Shown here: positions 9,938 through 21,292 of the stretch, piece after piece
How the letters are laid out: each line of letters starts with the position of its first letter
Position numbering within the stretch: the stretch's first letter is position 1
From: Vicinamibacteria bacterium
Lineage (GTDB): Bacteria; Acidobacteriota; Vicinamibacteria; Fen-336; JAGNNV01
Direction of reading: 5' to 3'
DNA: 64,000 nucleotides
Assembly: GCA_044229175.1 (NCBI GenBank)
Contig: JBGATM010000006.1
Location: forward strand, 2,273-66,272
Notes under the pieces: generated by a model
What the model was told of the DNA's origin: nothing
What the model saw: the letters and a program-made list of their open reading frames with translations, nothing else
Database searches by the model: none
Made by a program: the position numbers and the translations under genes

Positions 9938-12059
9938 GCGCGGCCAGGTCGTTCAACTCGCGCACCGCGCGGAACAGCCCGCCGGTGCGGTAGAAGTCCA
10001 CCGCCACCAGGTTCGGCCAGCGGCCCCGCTCAGCCCGGCATTGCTTCGCGCGGGCGAGGAGCGCCGTGTAATCGTTCACGATCTTCGCGTTACTGGGCTT
10101 GGGCGCGGGCGTGGTGTCGACCCAGTTGTTCATCAGGAACAGCGAGCCCTTCGTCCCGCCCCGGTTGGGAGCGCACGAGAGTTCGGACGGGGTCTTGAAC
10201 TTGTACGGCGTCTCCTGCATCAGCTCGAAGGCGGGGCGGAGCCAGTGGATGCCCGGCCGGCCCGACTCGGTCGTGACCAGCACGCGCTGGCGCGAATCGA
10301 TCATCTCCCGAAGCGTCGGCCACGGCGGGCCGCTCGGGCCCTTGTAGACGAGCGCTTCGAGGCCGCTCTCCTTGAACGTATCGGCGAGGTCCTGCGTCGC
10401 CACGTAGTCCTCGAGCACCAATATCAGGACCTCGTCGGGGTTTTCGATCAGGAAATCGTGGATGCCTCGCAGCGCTTCCACGAGGGGCGTGGCTCCCAGT
10501 TCGCAGAAGCCGTGGCAGAGATAGGGCCCGGGCTTCCCCTCCTCCTTGCCGGCGAGACGATCCCGAATCCGCATCGCGGCGTCGAGGCCCTCCTTGCCCA
10601 CCGCTTCGTCGAGCTTGCCGCGCGAGCCCAGCTCGCGGTCGAGGTCGGTCTTCACCCGCTTCTCCACGGGGATCCCGTAGTGCACATCGAACAGCAGCCC
10701 CCGGATCCCGTCCTGCAACTGGACAGGGATGCTCGCTTCCTGTTGCGGGAAGAGCCATTCGGGGATGTCGGCGGCGGACATCGCGTTGTGGGTGGAGGGG
10801 AAAACCACCTGGTCGAGCCGGCGCCCGCACAGCTCAGGGGATCCGTTGCAGGCCGAGGTGACACCCCTGGCCACGCGTTCGGCGGGTCTCCCGAAGTACG
10901 CGATGCCGGCGACGAAGACAAGGGCCAGCGACACGACCAGGGCGATGCGGAGGGTGGGGCTCGTGGCCTCGACGGCGCGCATCTGCGAGGCGTCCTCAGG
11001 GGCCGCGCGCAGCACGAATTCGAAGAGTTCGCGCAGGCCGGCGAAAGCGATAAAGGCGCCGAGCACGATGACCCCGATGGATACGGCCCTCGCGGGCCAG
11101 ATCATCGCGCCGGCCCCGGCCAGGAGCATGAGCACGCTGCGAGCCAGCCGCCCCGTAGCGCCCCCCGGGGGGTTCAGCCACAGGTCGGAGAGTCCCCGCA
11201 GGGTCTGGAGAGGATCGAGCCGGGCGATGAGCGAGCGCCCCGCCGCGGCCATGACCAGGCCGCACCCGCCGAACACGAAGGCCCAGACGCGAAGCGATCC
11301 CGTGAACGCGTCCCACAGACCCGCGGCGGCCTGGCGCGCCAAAGGGCTCTGAGGAATCAGACCCGCGACCGCGCGACCCGCGGGGGTCAGGAGCATGAAC
11401 ACCACACCCGCCACCACCAGATCGGAGCCGAGCCGGACCAGGGCCACCCGGCGATCGGGCAGGAACACCACGCCGCCGACGATCAGGAACACCGCGGCGA
11501 GCAGGAGCGCGCCGGTGAGCCACAGGGACCGACTCGCGATCTGCCAGACGCGCATGATGAATTGATCGGTGCGCCGCTCACCGATCGAAGTCAGCACGCC
11601 GCGCGCGCGGTCCGGAATCTTCGCGGCCAGGGCCGGATTGGCCTTGAGGAGCGCGCTTCTCATGAGCACGCCGACGTCGGGGATCGAGACGATGACGGTC
11701 CTTCCGCCCTCGGAGAACAGGCTCGCATGGGCGCTGCGCGCGGCGCCGCGCGCCAGGGCCTGGAAGGCGGACGAGGAGACCGCGTCCTTCGTGGTGGCCA
11801 GGATCAACGGGCGGAAGGCGGTGAGGTCGGGTTCCTCCTTGAGCACCGCGTCGGTGACGCGATCGGCGACGAAGGCGGCGACCCGGGGATCCTTCAGGCT
11901 CGCCGCGACATGGTCGGCGAAGTTGTCGGGAAACAACACGGCACGCCGACCGGTGCTGAGCAGGGCGGCGAGGGTCAGCGCCAGCACGCCGAGCGTGATC
12001 ATCAACTCGGGGACTGCCCGCCGCCCCCGACTGGTTCCCACGGAGTCGGCGGGCGTCAT
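9921..12059 (-). CDS. multi-pass membrane protein with C-terminal PI-PLC X-like phosphodiesterase domain
   Basis: Several hydrophobic helices in the first ~390 aa; STHNAMS, QLQDGIRGLLFDVH, YLCHGFC, NPDEVLILVLEDY, PNLVAVDFY resemble PI-PLC-like TIM barrels. Confidence 0.75.
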   Translation of the reverse strand: MTPADSVGTSRGRRAVPELMITLGVLALTLAALLSTGRRAVLFPDNFADHVAASLKDPRVAAFVADRVTDAVLKEEPDLTAFRPLILATTKDAVSSSAFQALARGAARSAHASLFSEGGRTVIVSIPDVGVLMRSALLKANPALAAKIPDRARGVLTSIGERRTDQFIMRVWQIASRSLWLTGALLLAAVFLIVGGVVFLPDRRVALVRLGSDLVVAGVVFMLLTPAGRAVAGLIPQSPLARQAAAGLWDAFTGSLRVWAFVFGGCGLVMAAAGRSLIARLDPLQTLRGLSDLWLNPPGGATGRLARSVLMLLAGAGAMIWPARAVSIGVIVLGAFIAFAGLRELFEFVLRAAPEDASQMRAVEATSPTLRIALVVSLALVFVAGIAYFGRPAERVARGVTSACNGSPELCGRRLDQVVFPSTHNAMSAADIPEWLFPQQEASIPVQLQDGIRGLLFDVHYGIPVEKRVKTDLDRELGSRGKLDEAVGKEGLDAAMRIRDRLAGKEEGKPGPYLCHGFCELGATPLVEALRGIHDFLIENPDEVLILVLEDYVATQDLADTFKESGLEALVYKGPSGPPWPTLREMIDSRQRVLVTTESGRPGIHWLRPAFELMQETPYKFKTPSELSCAPNRGGTKGSLFLMNNWVDTTPAPKPSNAKIVNDYTALLARAKQCRAERGRWPNLVAVDFYRTGGLFRAVRELNDLAAPTGPR

Positions 12060-12153
12060 GCGACTGGCCCCCGTGCTGCCGTGCGGATCACACCTAAGTG
12101 TCTCTCTTTTGCCGCCCGCGTGCGAGCGAAGCCTCGACCCCCTGCTCTTCGTC

Positions 12154-14082
12154 CTACTTCAGTCTTCCCCGCAGTTCCGCCACTTTCTCCCGCAATCCCT
12201 CCGGCGTCACCGTATCCGGCGCCATCGGCTCGCCGACCATCAGCCGCACGCTCGAGTAGAAGCCCCGGCGGAACGGCTTCGTCATGGCCCGGCCGTCGAT
12301 GCGCGAGAAGAAGGAACCCCACAGATTCTGCAGGGCCATGGGGATCACGGGCACGGGTCGATGCTCGAGGATCTTCATGATGCCGGCCCTGAACGGCTGC
12401 AGTTCCCCGTCTCGGGTGATGGCGCCCTCGGGGAAGATACAAAGGAGATCTCCTTCGGCGAGGGTCTTGTCGGCCTCCGCGAAGGCGTTCGCGTAGATCT
12501 CGGGATCCTCGGACTTCGAAGCCACGGGGATGGTCTTGGCCAGGCGGAAGATCGCGCCGAGAATGGGGGTCTCGAAGATCCGGTGATCCATGATGAAGCG
12601 GATCGGCCGGGGCGAGGCCGCCATCAGGAGCAGGGCGTCCACGAAGCTCACGTGATTGCAGGTGAGGAGCGCCGCGCCGTGCTCGGGAATCTGCTCGTCG
12701 CCGCGGATCCGGAAGCGGTACATCAGGTTCGCCATCACCCAGGAGATGAAGCGCAGCAGGAACTCCGGCACGAGGAGGAAGATGTAGAGGGAGACCACCG
12801 CGTTCATGATCCCCACCACCAGGAAGATCATGGGAATCGACGCGCCGCCCTTCAGCAGGGCGACGGAGAGCGCCGCCGACGCGATCATGAACAGCGCGCC
12901 CAGGATGTTGCTCGCCGCGAAGATCCGGGCACGGTGCGTGGGCGCGCTGCGGGCCTGCACGAGGGCGTACAGAGGCACCGAGAACAGGCCCGCGAAGGCC
13001 GAGAGCAGGAAGAGGTCCCCGAGGACCCGGGGAGCGCCGGGGTGGCGGAGAAGTTCGCCCGCGGTCATCGCGACCGACCCGTGAGCAAAGCCGCGCGAGG
13101 CGAAGTAGAGATCGACCGCGAAGGCGGTCATGCCGAAAGCGCCGATGGGCACCAGGCCGAGCTCCACGTGGCGTCGCGAGAGCGATTCGCACAGGAGCGA
13201 GCCGATCCCGATGCCGATCGAGAAGACCACGAGCAGGAGAGACGCCACCGCTTCGGAGCCGCCCAGCACGTCCTTGGCGAAGTTCGGAAGCTGGGTCAGG
13301 AACGAAGCGCCGAAGAACCACAACCACGACACGCCCATGAGGCCGCGGAAGACCACCACGTTCTCCGCCGCGAGCTTGAGGTTGCGATAGGTCTCGCTGA
13401 AGGGGTTCCAGCGAACCGCGAGATCGGGAACGAGCGGCGGGGCCTTCTGAATGAAGTGCGACATCCCCCGGCCCATGAGCGCCACCGCGATGCAACCGAA
13501 GGCCGCGATCTTCGGGCCCTCGTCGGGCAGGCCGATGAGCACACCGCCCACCAGGTTCCCCACCAGGATGGCCACGAACGTGCCCATCTCCACCATCGCG
13601 TTGCCCCCCGTCAACTCGCGCTCGTTCAGGGCCTGGGGAAGGAACGCGTACTTCACCGGGCCGAAGATGGTCGAGTGCAGGCCCATCAGGAACGTGCATC
13701 CGAGCAGGACCGGCACGTGCTTCGCGATGAAGCCGTAGGCGGCCAGAGTCATGATCCCCACTTCGAGGGTCTTCACGAAGATCGCGATCGAGCGCTTGTC
13801 GTACTTGTCGGCGATCTGACCGCAGGTGGCGGAGAAGAGCAGGAAGGGAAGGATGAAGAGCCCGGCAATGAGATTCACCACCAGGGCCGGGTTCAGTCGG
13901 GACTCCGCGGTCGCGTGGAACGTGACCATCACGGTGAAGGCGAACTTGAAGAGGTTGTCGTTGAAAGCGCCCAGGAACTGCGTCCAGAAGAACGGCGCGA
14001 ACCGGCGCTCGCGCAGGAGCTGAAACTGGGAGCTTCCTTCACCATGGGACGGCACGGCCGCGGACTCGGCGTGGGAATGCAT
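12154..14082 (-). CDS. MFS transporter (LplT-like) fused to a PlsC-type acyltransferase
   Basis: TQFLGAFNDNLFK LplT/Aas-type N-terminus; NHVSFVD and FPEG acyltransferase motifs; start at MHSH inferred from the -10 position. Confidence 0.88.
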   Translation of the reverse strand: MHSHAESAAVPSHGEGSSQFQLLRERRFAPFFWTQFLGAFNDNLFKFAFTVMVTFHATAESRLNPALVVNLIAGLFILPFLLFSATCGQIADKYDKRSIAIFVKTLEVGIMTLAAYGFIAKHVPVLLGCTFLMGLHSTIFGPVKYAFLPQALNERELTGGNAMVEMGTFVAILVGNLVGGVLIGLPDEGPKIAAFGCIAVALMGRGMSHFIQKAPPLVPDLAVRWNPFSETYRNLKLAAENVVVFRGLMGVSWLWFFGASFLTQLPNFAKDVLGGSEAVASLLLVVFSIGIGIGSLLCESLSRRHVELGLVPIGAFGMTAFAVDLYFASRGFAHGSVAMTAGELLRHPGAPRVLGDLFLLSAFAGLFSVPLYALVQARSAPTHRARIFAASNILGALFMIASAALSVALLKGGASIPMIFLVVGIMNAVVSLYIFLLVPEFLLRFISWVMANLMYRFRIRGDEQIPEHGAALLTCNHVSFVDALLLMAASPRPIRFIMDHRIFETPILGAIFRLAKTIPVASKSEDPEIYANAFAEADKTLAEGDLLCIFPEGAITRDGELQPFRAGIMKILEHRPVPVIPMALQNLWGSFFSRIDGRAMTKPFRRGFYSSVRLMVGEPMAPDTVTPEGLREKVAELRGRLK

Positions 14083-14126
14083 TGCCCGCAGTCTAAAGGG
14101 ACGCGCGACCGTGTCTAAGATCGGGC

Positions 14127-14480
14127 ATGCCGCCAAAGAAGATCGATCCCGAGACCCGGCTGCGGAAGATCTGCCTCTCCTTCCCGCAGACCAGCGAGCG
14201 CCCGAGCCACACCGCTCCGACCTGGTACTTCAAGGACAAGAAATCCTTCGCCATGTTGTGGGGGCACGGGCATCATCAGAATCAGTTCCCCCACTTCTGG
14301 TGCGCCGCCGGCCCGGGCGTGCAGGAAGACCTCATCGCTTCCGACCCTGAACAGTTCTTCAGGCCGCCATATGTCGGAGGCCGCGGCTGGGTGGGCGTGC
14401 GGCTCGATCGGAAGCCGGACTGGGCGCTCATCGAACGCCTGTGCGCGGAGGCGTACCGGGTGGTCTCAGGCGGCAGGTAG
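14127..14480 (+). CDS. MmcQ/YjbR family protein
   Basis: 117 aa; ICLSFP, FFRPPYVGGRGWVGVRLD, AYRVV pattern. Confidence 0.85.
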   Translation: MPPKKIDPETRLRKICLSFPQTSERPSHTAPTWYFKDKKSFAMLWGHGHHQNQFPHFWCAAGPGVQEDLIASDPEQFFRPPYVGGRGWVGVRLDRKPDWALIERLCAEAYRVVSGGR

Positions 14481-14552
14481 GACATTCCGAGCGCCGTGTT
14501 CCCTGCGTGAGGCCCGTGCCCCTGCGGGGCCCGCGGCGACGGTTCGAACTCG

Positions 14553-14576
14553 GTCTCGATGCTAATCTTGCGAGAC
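14553..14576 (+). promoter_or_regulatory. extended -10 (TGcTAATCT) inside a GTCTCG-N12-CGAGAC inverted repeat, upstream of yitJ-like gene
   Basis: TG 14560-61, TAATCT 14563-68, arms 14553-58 and 14571-76. Confidence 0.4.
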
Positions 14577-14577
14577 G

Positions 14578-16440
14578 ATGCCTTCCGACCCTTCCACCCT
14601 CGCCAAACGTGCGTCGATACTGGACCTTGTGGCCAGAGGGGTCGTCCTCGGCGACGGCGCCATGGGGACCATGCTGTACAACCGGGGGGTCTTCGTCAAC
14701 CGGTGTTTCGATGAGCTGAACCTCTCGTCGCCGGATCTGGTCAAGCAGGTCCATCAGGAGTACGTCGACGCGGGCTCGCAGTTCATCGAGACCAACACCT
14801 ACGGCGCCAACCGCTTCAAGCTCGGACCCCACGGCCTCGACGCGCAGGTCGGGAAGATCAATCGCGAAGGCGCGCGGATCGCCCGGGCGGCCGCGGGCGA
14901 GAAGATCCTCGTAGCCGGCGCCATCGGTCCGCTGGGCAAACCGCTCGAACCTATCGGTCACATCTCGCTCGCCGACGCGGTTTCCGCGTTCGCGGATCAG
15001 GCCGCGGCCCTCAAGGAGGGCGGGGTCGATTTCTTCCTGATCGAGACCATGCCCTCGCTCGACATGGCGAAGGCCGCGCTCACCGCGGTGCGCACGGTGG
15101 GCGACCTTCCCGTGATCGTGTCGCTCACCTTCACCGACGAAGGCTCGACGGTCATCGGCGAATCTCCGGAGGCGGTGGTCGCGGCCCTCGAAGCCGAAGG
15201 CGTTGCGATCATCGGCGCCAACTGCTCGCAGGGTCCCAACAAGATGCTCCACACCGTCGAACGACTGGTGGCGGCCGCGAGCACCGCGAAGATCATGGCC
15301 ATGCCCAACGCGGGGGCACCCGCCTATGTCGACGGGCGTTATGTCTACCTGTGCACGCCCGAGTACATCGCGACCTACGGCCGGCGCTTCGTGGAGGTCG
15401 GGGCGCGCCTGGTCGGAGGCTGCTGCGGGACCACGCCCGCGCACATCAAGGACCTGGCTCGTTCGCTGCGCATGGTCCAGCCGGTGCGAACCGAGGCGCA
15501 CACCATCACCGTCCTCGATCCCGCGAGGCCCTCGCTGCCCCCGATCCCGCGCGAGGACAAGAGTTCGCTCGCTCACAAGCTGGGCCGCAAGTTCGTAGTG
15601 TCGATCGAGCTCGATCCCCCCCGGGGCGTCGACCCGTCTCGCGTGATCGAGAAGGCGCAGGAGTGCAAGGAAGAAGAGGTCGACGCCATCAACGTGGCCG
15701 ATGGCCCGCGGGCCTCCGCCCGCATGAGCGCGCAGTCGTTGTGCCTGCTCACCCAACAGCAGACCGGGCTCGACACCATCCTCCACTACACCTGCCGCGA
15801 CCGCAACCTCCTCGGCATTCAATCGGACGTCCTCGGCTGCTACGCCCTCGGCCTGCGCAACATCCTCTGCATCACCGGCGACCCGCCCAAGCTCGGCGAC
15901 TACCCGGACGCGACCGCGGTGTACGACGTCGACTCCATCGGCCTCATCCGGATCCTGTCTCACCTGAATCGCGGATGCGACCTCGCCGGCAATCCCATCG
16001 GACCGCCGCTCGGGATCCACATCGGCTGCGGGGCCGACCCCAGCAAGCCGGACTGGGACAAGGAACTGCGACGCCTCGAGGAGAAGGTGAAGGCGGGCGC
16101 CGAGTACATCATGACCCAGCCGGTCTACGACCCGAAGCAGGTCGAAAAGTTCCTCAAGGCCATCCAGTACCTGAACACCCCGGTCCTTATCGGCAGCCTG
16201 CCCCTGTACTCGCACAAGAACGCGGAGTTCCTCCACAACGAGGTGCCGGGCATGGTCATCCCCGAAGACATCCGCGAGCGGATGCGCGTCGCGGGCACCG
16301 GCGAGAAGGCCCAGGCCGAGGGTGTTTCGATCGCCCAGGAGGCGCTGCGCGCCGGACAGGACCTCGCCCAGGGCGTGTACGTGATGCCGCCTTTCAATCG
16401 CGTCGATCTGGCGCTGCGCGTGGTCGAGATCCTCCGCTAG
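14578..16440 (+). CDS. yitJ: bifunctional homocysteine S-methyltransferase / methylenetetrahydrofolate reductase
   Basis: DGAMGT, ETNTYGAN, GANCS, GGCCGTTP (Hcy domain); ELDPP, HYTCRDRN, ITGDPP, MTQPVY (MTHFR domain). Confidence 0.93.
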   Translation: MPSDPSTLAKRASILDLVARGVVLGDGAMGTMLYNRGVFVNRCFDELNLSSPDLVKQVHQEYVDAGSQFIETNTYGANRFKLGPHGLDAQVGKINREGARIARAAAGEKILVAGAIGPLGKPLEPIGHISLADAVSAFADQAAALKEGGVDFFLIETMPSLDMAKAALTAVRTVGDLPVIVSLTFTDEGSTVIGESPEAVVAALEAEGVAIIGANCSQGPNKMLHTVERLVAAASTAKIMAMPNAGAPAYVDGRYVYLCTPEYIATYGRRFVEVGARLVGGCCGTTPAHIKDLARSLRMVQPVRTEAHTITVLDPARPSLPPIPREDKSSLAHKLGRKFVVSIELDPPRGVDPSRVIEKAQECKEEEVDAINVADGPRASARMSAQSLCLLTQQQTGLDTILHYTCRDRNLLGIQSDVLGCYALGLRNILCITGDPPKLGDYPDATAVYDVDSIGLIRILSHLNRGCDLAGNPIGPPLGIHIGCGADPSKPDWDKELRRLEEKVKAGAEYIMTQPVYDPKQVEKFLKAIQYLNTPVLIGSLPLYSHKNAEFLHNEVPGMVIPEDIRERMRVAGTGEKAQAEGVSIAQEALRAGQDLAQGVYVMPPFNRVDLALRVVEILR

Positions 16441-16453
16441 CCTTGGACCCTCG

Positions 16454-17425
16454 ATGATCCTGGCGCTTGCCCTGAGCCTCGCCATTCCCGTCGTCGAAGC
16501 GGAGGCCCAGGACCCGCCTCCGTTCAAGCCCAAGGTCCCGCTCACTTTCGCCACGGAAGCGCGGATGGTGAACCTGACCGTCACCGCCCGCGGCGTCGAC
16601 GGCAAACTGGTGAAGGACCTCGGCAGCGGGGACTTCACCATCTACGAGGACGACACGCCCCAACGGATTCAGTTCTTCGCCCGGGTCTTCGATCCCTCGC
16701 GGGCCGGCGACGAGGGACAGGAGGGAGCGCCCGATCCCACCGCGATCGATCTCGGCATGCTGTTCGACACCAGCACCAGCATGGCCGAAGTGCTGAAGCT
16801 CTCCCAGAACGCCGCCGCCTCGTTCCTGGAATCGATCCCGCGCGCCCGCGCGCTGACCACCGTGTTCTTCGATTCGGACATCCGGCTCTCGAAGTACAAC
16901 AGCGAGACGCAGCAGGGGCTCTTCGACCGGCTCCAGAAGGCGAAGAGCACCGGCGACACTCTGCTCCGCGACGCCATCGCGGTCTACCTGTCGCGTATCT
17001 CTGACGATCCGGGACGGAAGATCGTCGTTCTCTTCACCGACGGCGAGGATACGAAGAGCCTCATCTCCACCGGCGAACTCAAGGATCTGGTGCGCTCTTC
17101 CACGGTGACGATCTATCCCATCGTCTTCGCGGGCAAGTACAGCGACACCACCGCGGCGCTCCAGGCGAAGGCGCTGATGCGGGACCTCGCGGATCTCACC
17201 GGGGGCGAGGTCTTCCTGCCCCGGACCTTCAAGGACCTGGCCCCGATCTACGCGGGGCTTCTCGACGAACTCGCCGCTCAGTACGTCATCGGCTACATCC
17301 CCGCGGTGGATCCCGCCCCGGGGGAGCATCGGCTGCGCGTCGAAGTGGAGCGCGCCGGGGTGAAGCTCCGGTACCGTCGCGGCTACCGCGTGGCGCCCCC
17401 CGAGAAGGAAGAAAAGAAGAAGTAG
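16454..17425 (+). CDS. secreted VWA domain protein (acidobacterial VWFA-related type)
   Basis: Signal peptide; MIDAS DTSTSM, T.L.DAI, FTDGEDT, L.DLA..TGG, QYVIGY. Confidence 0.85.
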   Translation: MILALALSLAIPVVEAEAQDPPPFKPKVPLTFATEARMVNLTVTARGVDGKLVKDLGSGDFTIYEDDTPQRIQFFARVFDPSRAGDEGQEGAPDPTAIDLGMLFDTSTSMAEVLKLSQNAAASFLESIPRARALTTVFFDSDIRLSKYNSETQQGLFDRLQKAKSTGDTLLRDAIAVYLSRISDDPGRKIVVLFTDGEDTKSLISTGELKDLVRSSTVTIYPIVFAGKYSDTTAALQAKALMRDLADLTGGEVFLPRTFKDLAPIYAGLLDELAAQYVIGYIPAVDPAPGEHRLRVEVERAGVKLRYRRGYRVAPPEKEEKKK

Positions 17426-17525
17426 AAGGGGCCCAGGGCGCCGCAGTCGAGCGCAAACCGATCGGCCGCGCGCGGATTCTGCCCAAGACGCCGGGAATCG
17501 TTCGAGGCGATTAAGATTGTGAGCC

Positions 17526-17858
17526 GTGGCGACCTTCGACGAGTTCCTGAATCTGGACCTGCGCGTGGGGACCGTGCTCAGCGCCGAGCCGCTTCAAGGC
17601 GCGATCAAGCCGGCGTATCGCATGGAGATCGACTTCGGGCCGGAGATCGGGGTGAAGCGCTCGTCCGGCCAGTACACCGTGAACTACGAGCCCCAGGCCA
17701 TGATCGGCCGGCAGATCGTGGCGGTGGTGAACTTCCCCCCCCGGCGCGTGGCCGGATTCATGTCCGAGGTCCTGGTTCTCGCCGCGCCGGATCCCCGGGG
17801 CGCCCACGTGCTCCTCGGCGTCGAACGCCCGGTGCCGAACGGAGGCCGGATCTCATGA
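17526..17858 (+). CDS. csaA: CsaA tRNA-binding / secretion chaperone
   Basis: DLRVGTV, IDFGPEIG.K.SS.Q, VVNFPPRRVAGFMSEVLVL. Confidence 0.9.
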   Translation: MATFDEFLNLDLRVGTVLSAEPLQGAIKPAYRMEIDFGPEIGVKRSSGQYTVNYEPQAMIGRQIVAVVNFPPRRVAGFMSEVLVLAAPDPRGAHVLLGVERPVPNGGRIS

Positions 17859-18421
17859 AGGCCGCGGCACGCGCGCGCCCGAAGGCCGCCCGGGAGACCC
17901 GCGTCCTCGACGCCCGCTCGCTCGGGGCCGCGATCGCGTCGATGGCCAAGGCGATCAGGGGCGATCAGAAGGATGCCGCGAGCATCGCCATCGTGGGCAT
18001 CCAGAGCCGGGGCGTCCCCCTGGCCGCGCGGCTCGCCATCGCCCTGGGATCGAGCACGGGCAAGAAGGTCGATGTGGGCTCGCTCGACATCACGCTCTAC
18101 CGCGACGATCTCTCCACCGTGGGCACGCGTCCGGTGCTGAAGTCCACGAACATTCCCTTCTCCATCGACGGCCGAACCGTGATCCTGGTCGACGACGTGC
18201 TCTTCACCGGCCGGACGATCCGCGCCGCCCTCGACGAGCTGGTGGATTTCGGCCGTCCTTCCCGGATCGCCCTCGCGGTGCTCATCGACCGCGGTCACCG
18301 CGAACTTCCCATCCAGGCCGACTACGTCGGCCAGGCGGTGAAGACGCAGCGAAGCGACATGGTGGACGTTCGCCTGGTCGAGATCGACGGCAAGGATGAA
18401 GTGGTCCTGGTGAAGCGATGA
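17855..18421 (+). CDS. pyrR: bifunctional pyr regulator / uracil phosphoribosyltransferase
   Basis: [39 protein letters not shown]; ATG overlaps csaA stop. Confidence 0.95.
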   Translation: MKAAARARPKAARETRVLDARSLGAAIASMAKAIRGDQKDAASIAIVGIQSRGVPLAARLAIALGSSTGKKVDVGSLDITLYRDDLSTVGTRPVLKSTNIPFSIDGRTVILVDDVLFTGRTIRAALDELVDFGRPSRIALAVLIDRGHRELPIQADYVGQAVKTQRSDMVDVRLVEIDGKDEVVLVKR

Positions 18422-19344
18422 CGGAGTGGACTCAAAAGCACCTGCTCGGCATCGAGCCGCTCTCCGTCGAGGAGATCACCCTCGTCCTCGACACCGCGGT
18501 CCAGATGCGCGAGATCATGGAGCGGCCGATCAAGAAGGTGCCGACCCTGCGCGGCCGCACCGTGGTGAATCTGTTCATGGAGGCGTCCACGCGCACGCGC
18601 GCGTCGTTCGAGATGGCCGAGCGGATCCTCTCCGCCGACTCCCTCTCCATCCAGGCCGCGGGCTCCAGCGTGGCGAAGGGCGAGAGCCTGCTCGACACGG
18701 TCAAGAACCTCGAGGCCATGACCCCGGACGTGATCGTGGTGCGCCACTCCTCGGCCGGGGCCGCGAACTTCCTCGCCCGCTGCAGCAACTCGCGCATCGT
18801 GAACGCGGGCGATGGCGCGCATGAGCATCCCACCCAGGCCCTCCTCGACGCTTTCACCCTGCGCCAGTCGAAGGGCCGGATCGCCGGCCTCAAGATCGCC
18901 ATCGTGGGCGACGTGCTCCACTCCCGCGTCGCCCGGTCCAACATCCACCTGCTCACCAAGATGGGCGCGGACGTCACCTTGTGCGCCCCGCCGACCCTCC
19001 TGCCCCAGGAGTTCTCATCGCTCGCCACCTTGAGCTGGCGCATCGACGAAGCCATCGAAGGGGCGGACGTGGTCATGATGCTCCGCCTTCAGCAGGAGCG
19101 GATGACCAGCGCCTTCATCTCCACCATGCGGGAGTACCACGCGCAGTACGGCCTCACCCTCGCGAGGCTCAAGCGGGCGAAGAGCGACGTGGTGGTGCTC
19201 CATCCCGGTCCCATGAACCGCGGAGTTGAAATCGCGAGCGAGGTGGCGGACTCGAAGGCCTCGCTCATCCTCGACCAGGTCACGAACGGCGTGGCCGTGC
19301 GCATGGCCGTGCTCTACCTCCTGCTCGGAGGCGGCCGCGAATAG
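18418..19344 (+). CDS. pyrB: aspartate carbamoyltransferase catalytic subunit
   Basis: [29 protein letters not shown]. Confidence 0.97.
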   Translation: MTEWTQKHLLGIEPLSVEEITLVLDTAVQMREIMERPIKKVPTLRGRTVVNLFMEASTRTRASFEMAERILSADSLSIQAAGSSVAKGESLLDTVKNLEAMTPDVIVVRHSSAGAANFLARCSNSRIVNAGDGAHEHPTQALLDAFTLRQSKGRIAGLKIAIVGDVLHSRVARSNIHLLTKMGADVTLCAPPTLLPQEFSSLATLSWRIDEAIEGADVVMMLRLQQERMTSAFISTMREYHAQYGLTLARLKRAKSDVVVLHPGPMNRGVEIASEVADSKASLILDQVTNGVAVRMAVLYLLLGGGRE

Positions 19345-19366
19345 CGGCCTCACCTGAAGGAAACTC

Positions 19367-20656
<1,290 letters not shown>

Positions 20657-20668
20657 TTTCCTCGACGC

Positions 20669-21271
20669 CTACGCGGCGCCCACCACATCGATGACCTGGC
20701 CGGTCATGCTTCCCTCGACGCACTTCACGTAGGCCTCCGCGACTCGCGCCGCGGGGGCGCCGGGAGAAGGATCCATCTTCATGGCCATGAGGGTCTCGCG
20801 CACCCAGCCCGGGGCGACCACATTGATGCGGAGACCTCGAGGGAGATCGAGCGCGGCGGCGCGCCCGAAGCCTTCCAGGCCGCCATTGACCAGGCTGATC
20901 GCGGCGCCTCCGGGCATCGGCTGCCGACTGAGGATTCCGCTGGTCAGGGTGAAAGAGCCTCCATCACGAAGCGCTTCGACGCCGAAGCGAACCAGGTTGA
21001 CCTGACCCATGAGCTTGTTGGTGAGTCCGAGGGCGAAGTCGGCATCGGAGAGATCGAGCAAGGGCCGGAAAGCCGCCTGGCCGGCGGCACTGACCACGGC
21101 GTCCAGAGCGCCCACTTTCGCGTAGAGGCGCTGGATCGAGCGCGGGTCCGCCAGATCGACGGCCAAGTCGGAGCGGGAGTGACTGGCGCGGAGCACCTCG
21201 TGTCGCTTCTCGAGGGCCTTCGCAACCGCGGCGCCAATCGTGCCGGTTGCGCCGATGACCAGGATCTTCAT
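20669..21271 (-). CDS. short-chain dehydrogenase, atypical (no YxxxK)
   Basis: GATGTIG Rossmann motif, NKLMGQVNL, RINVVAPG; strong AAGGAGG SD. Confidence 0.85.
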   Translation of the reverse strand: MKILVIGATGTIGAAVAKALEKRHEVLRASHSRSDLAVDLADPRSIQRLYAKVGALDAVVSAAGQAAFRPLLDLSDADFALGLTNKLMGQVNLVRFGVEALRDGGSFTLTSGILSRQPMPGGAAISLVNGGLEGFGRAAALDLPRGLRINVVAPGWVRETLMAMKMDPSPGAPAARVAEAYVKCVEGSMTGQVIDVVGAA

Positions 21272-21292
21272 GATTGTCCTCCTTCGCCCTCC

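Noticed and set aside
14481-14577. SAM riboswitch or tRNA fragment (GGTTCGAACTC) upstream of yitJ
   Set aside because: No SAM-I/II core and no cloverleaf; the promoter sits directly before the ATG
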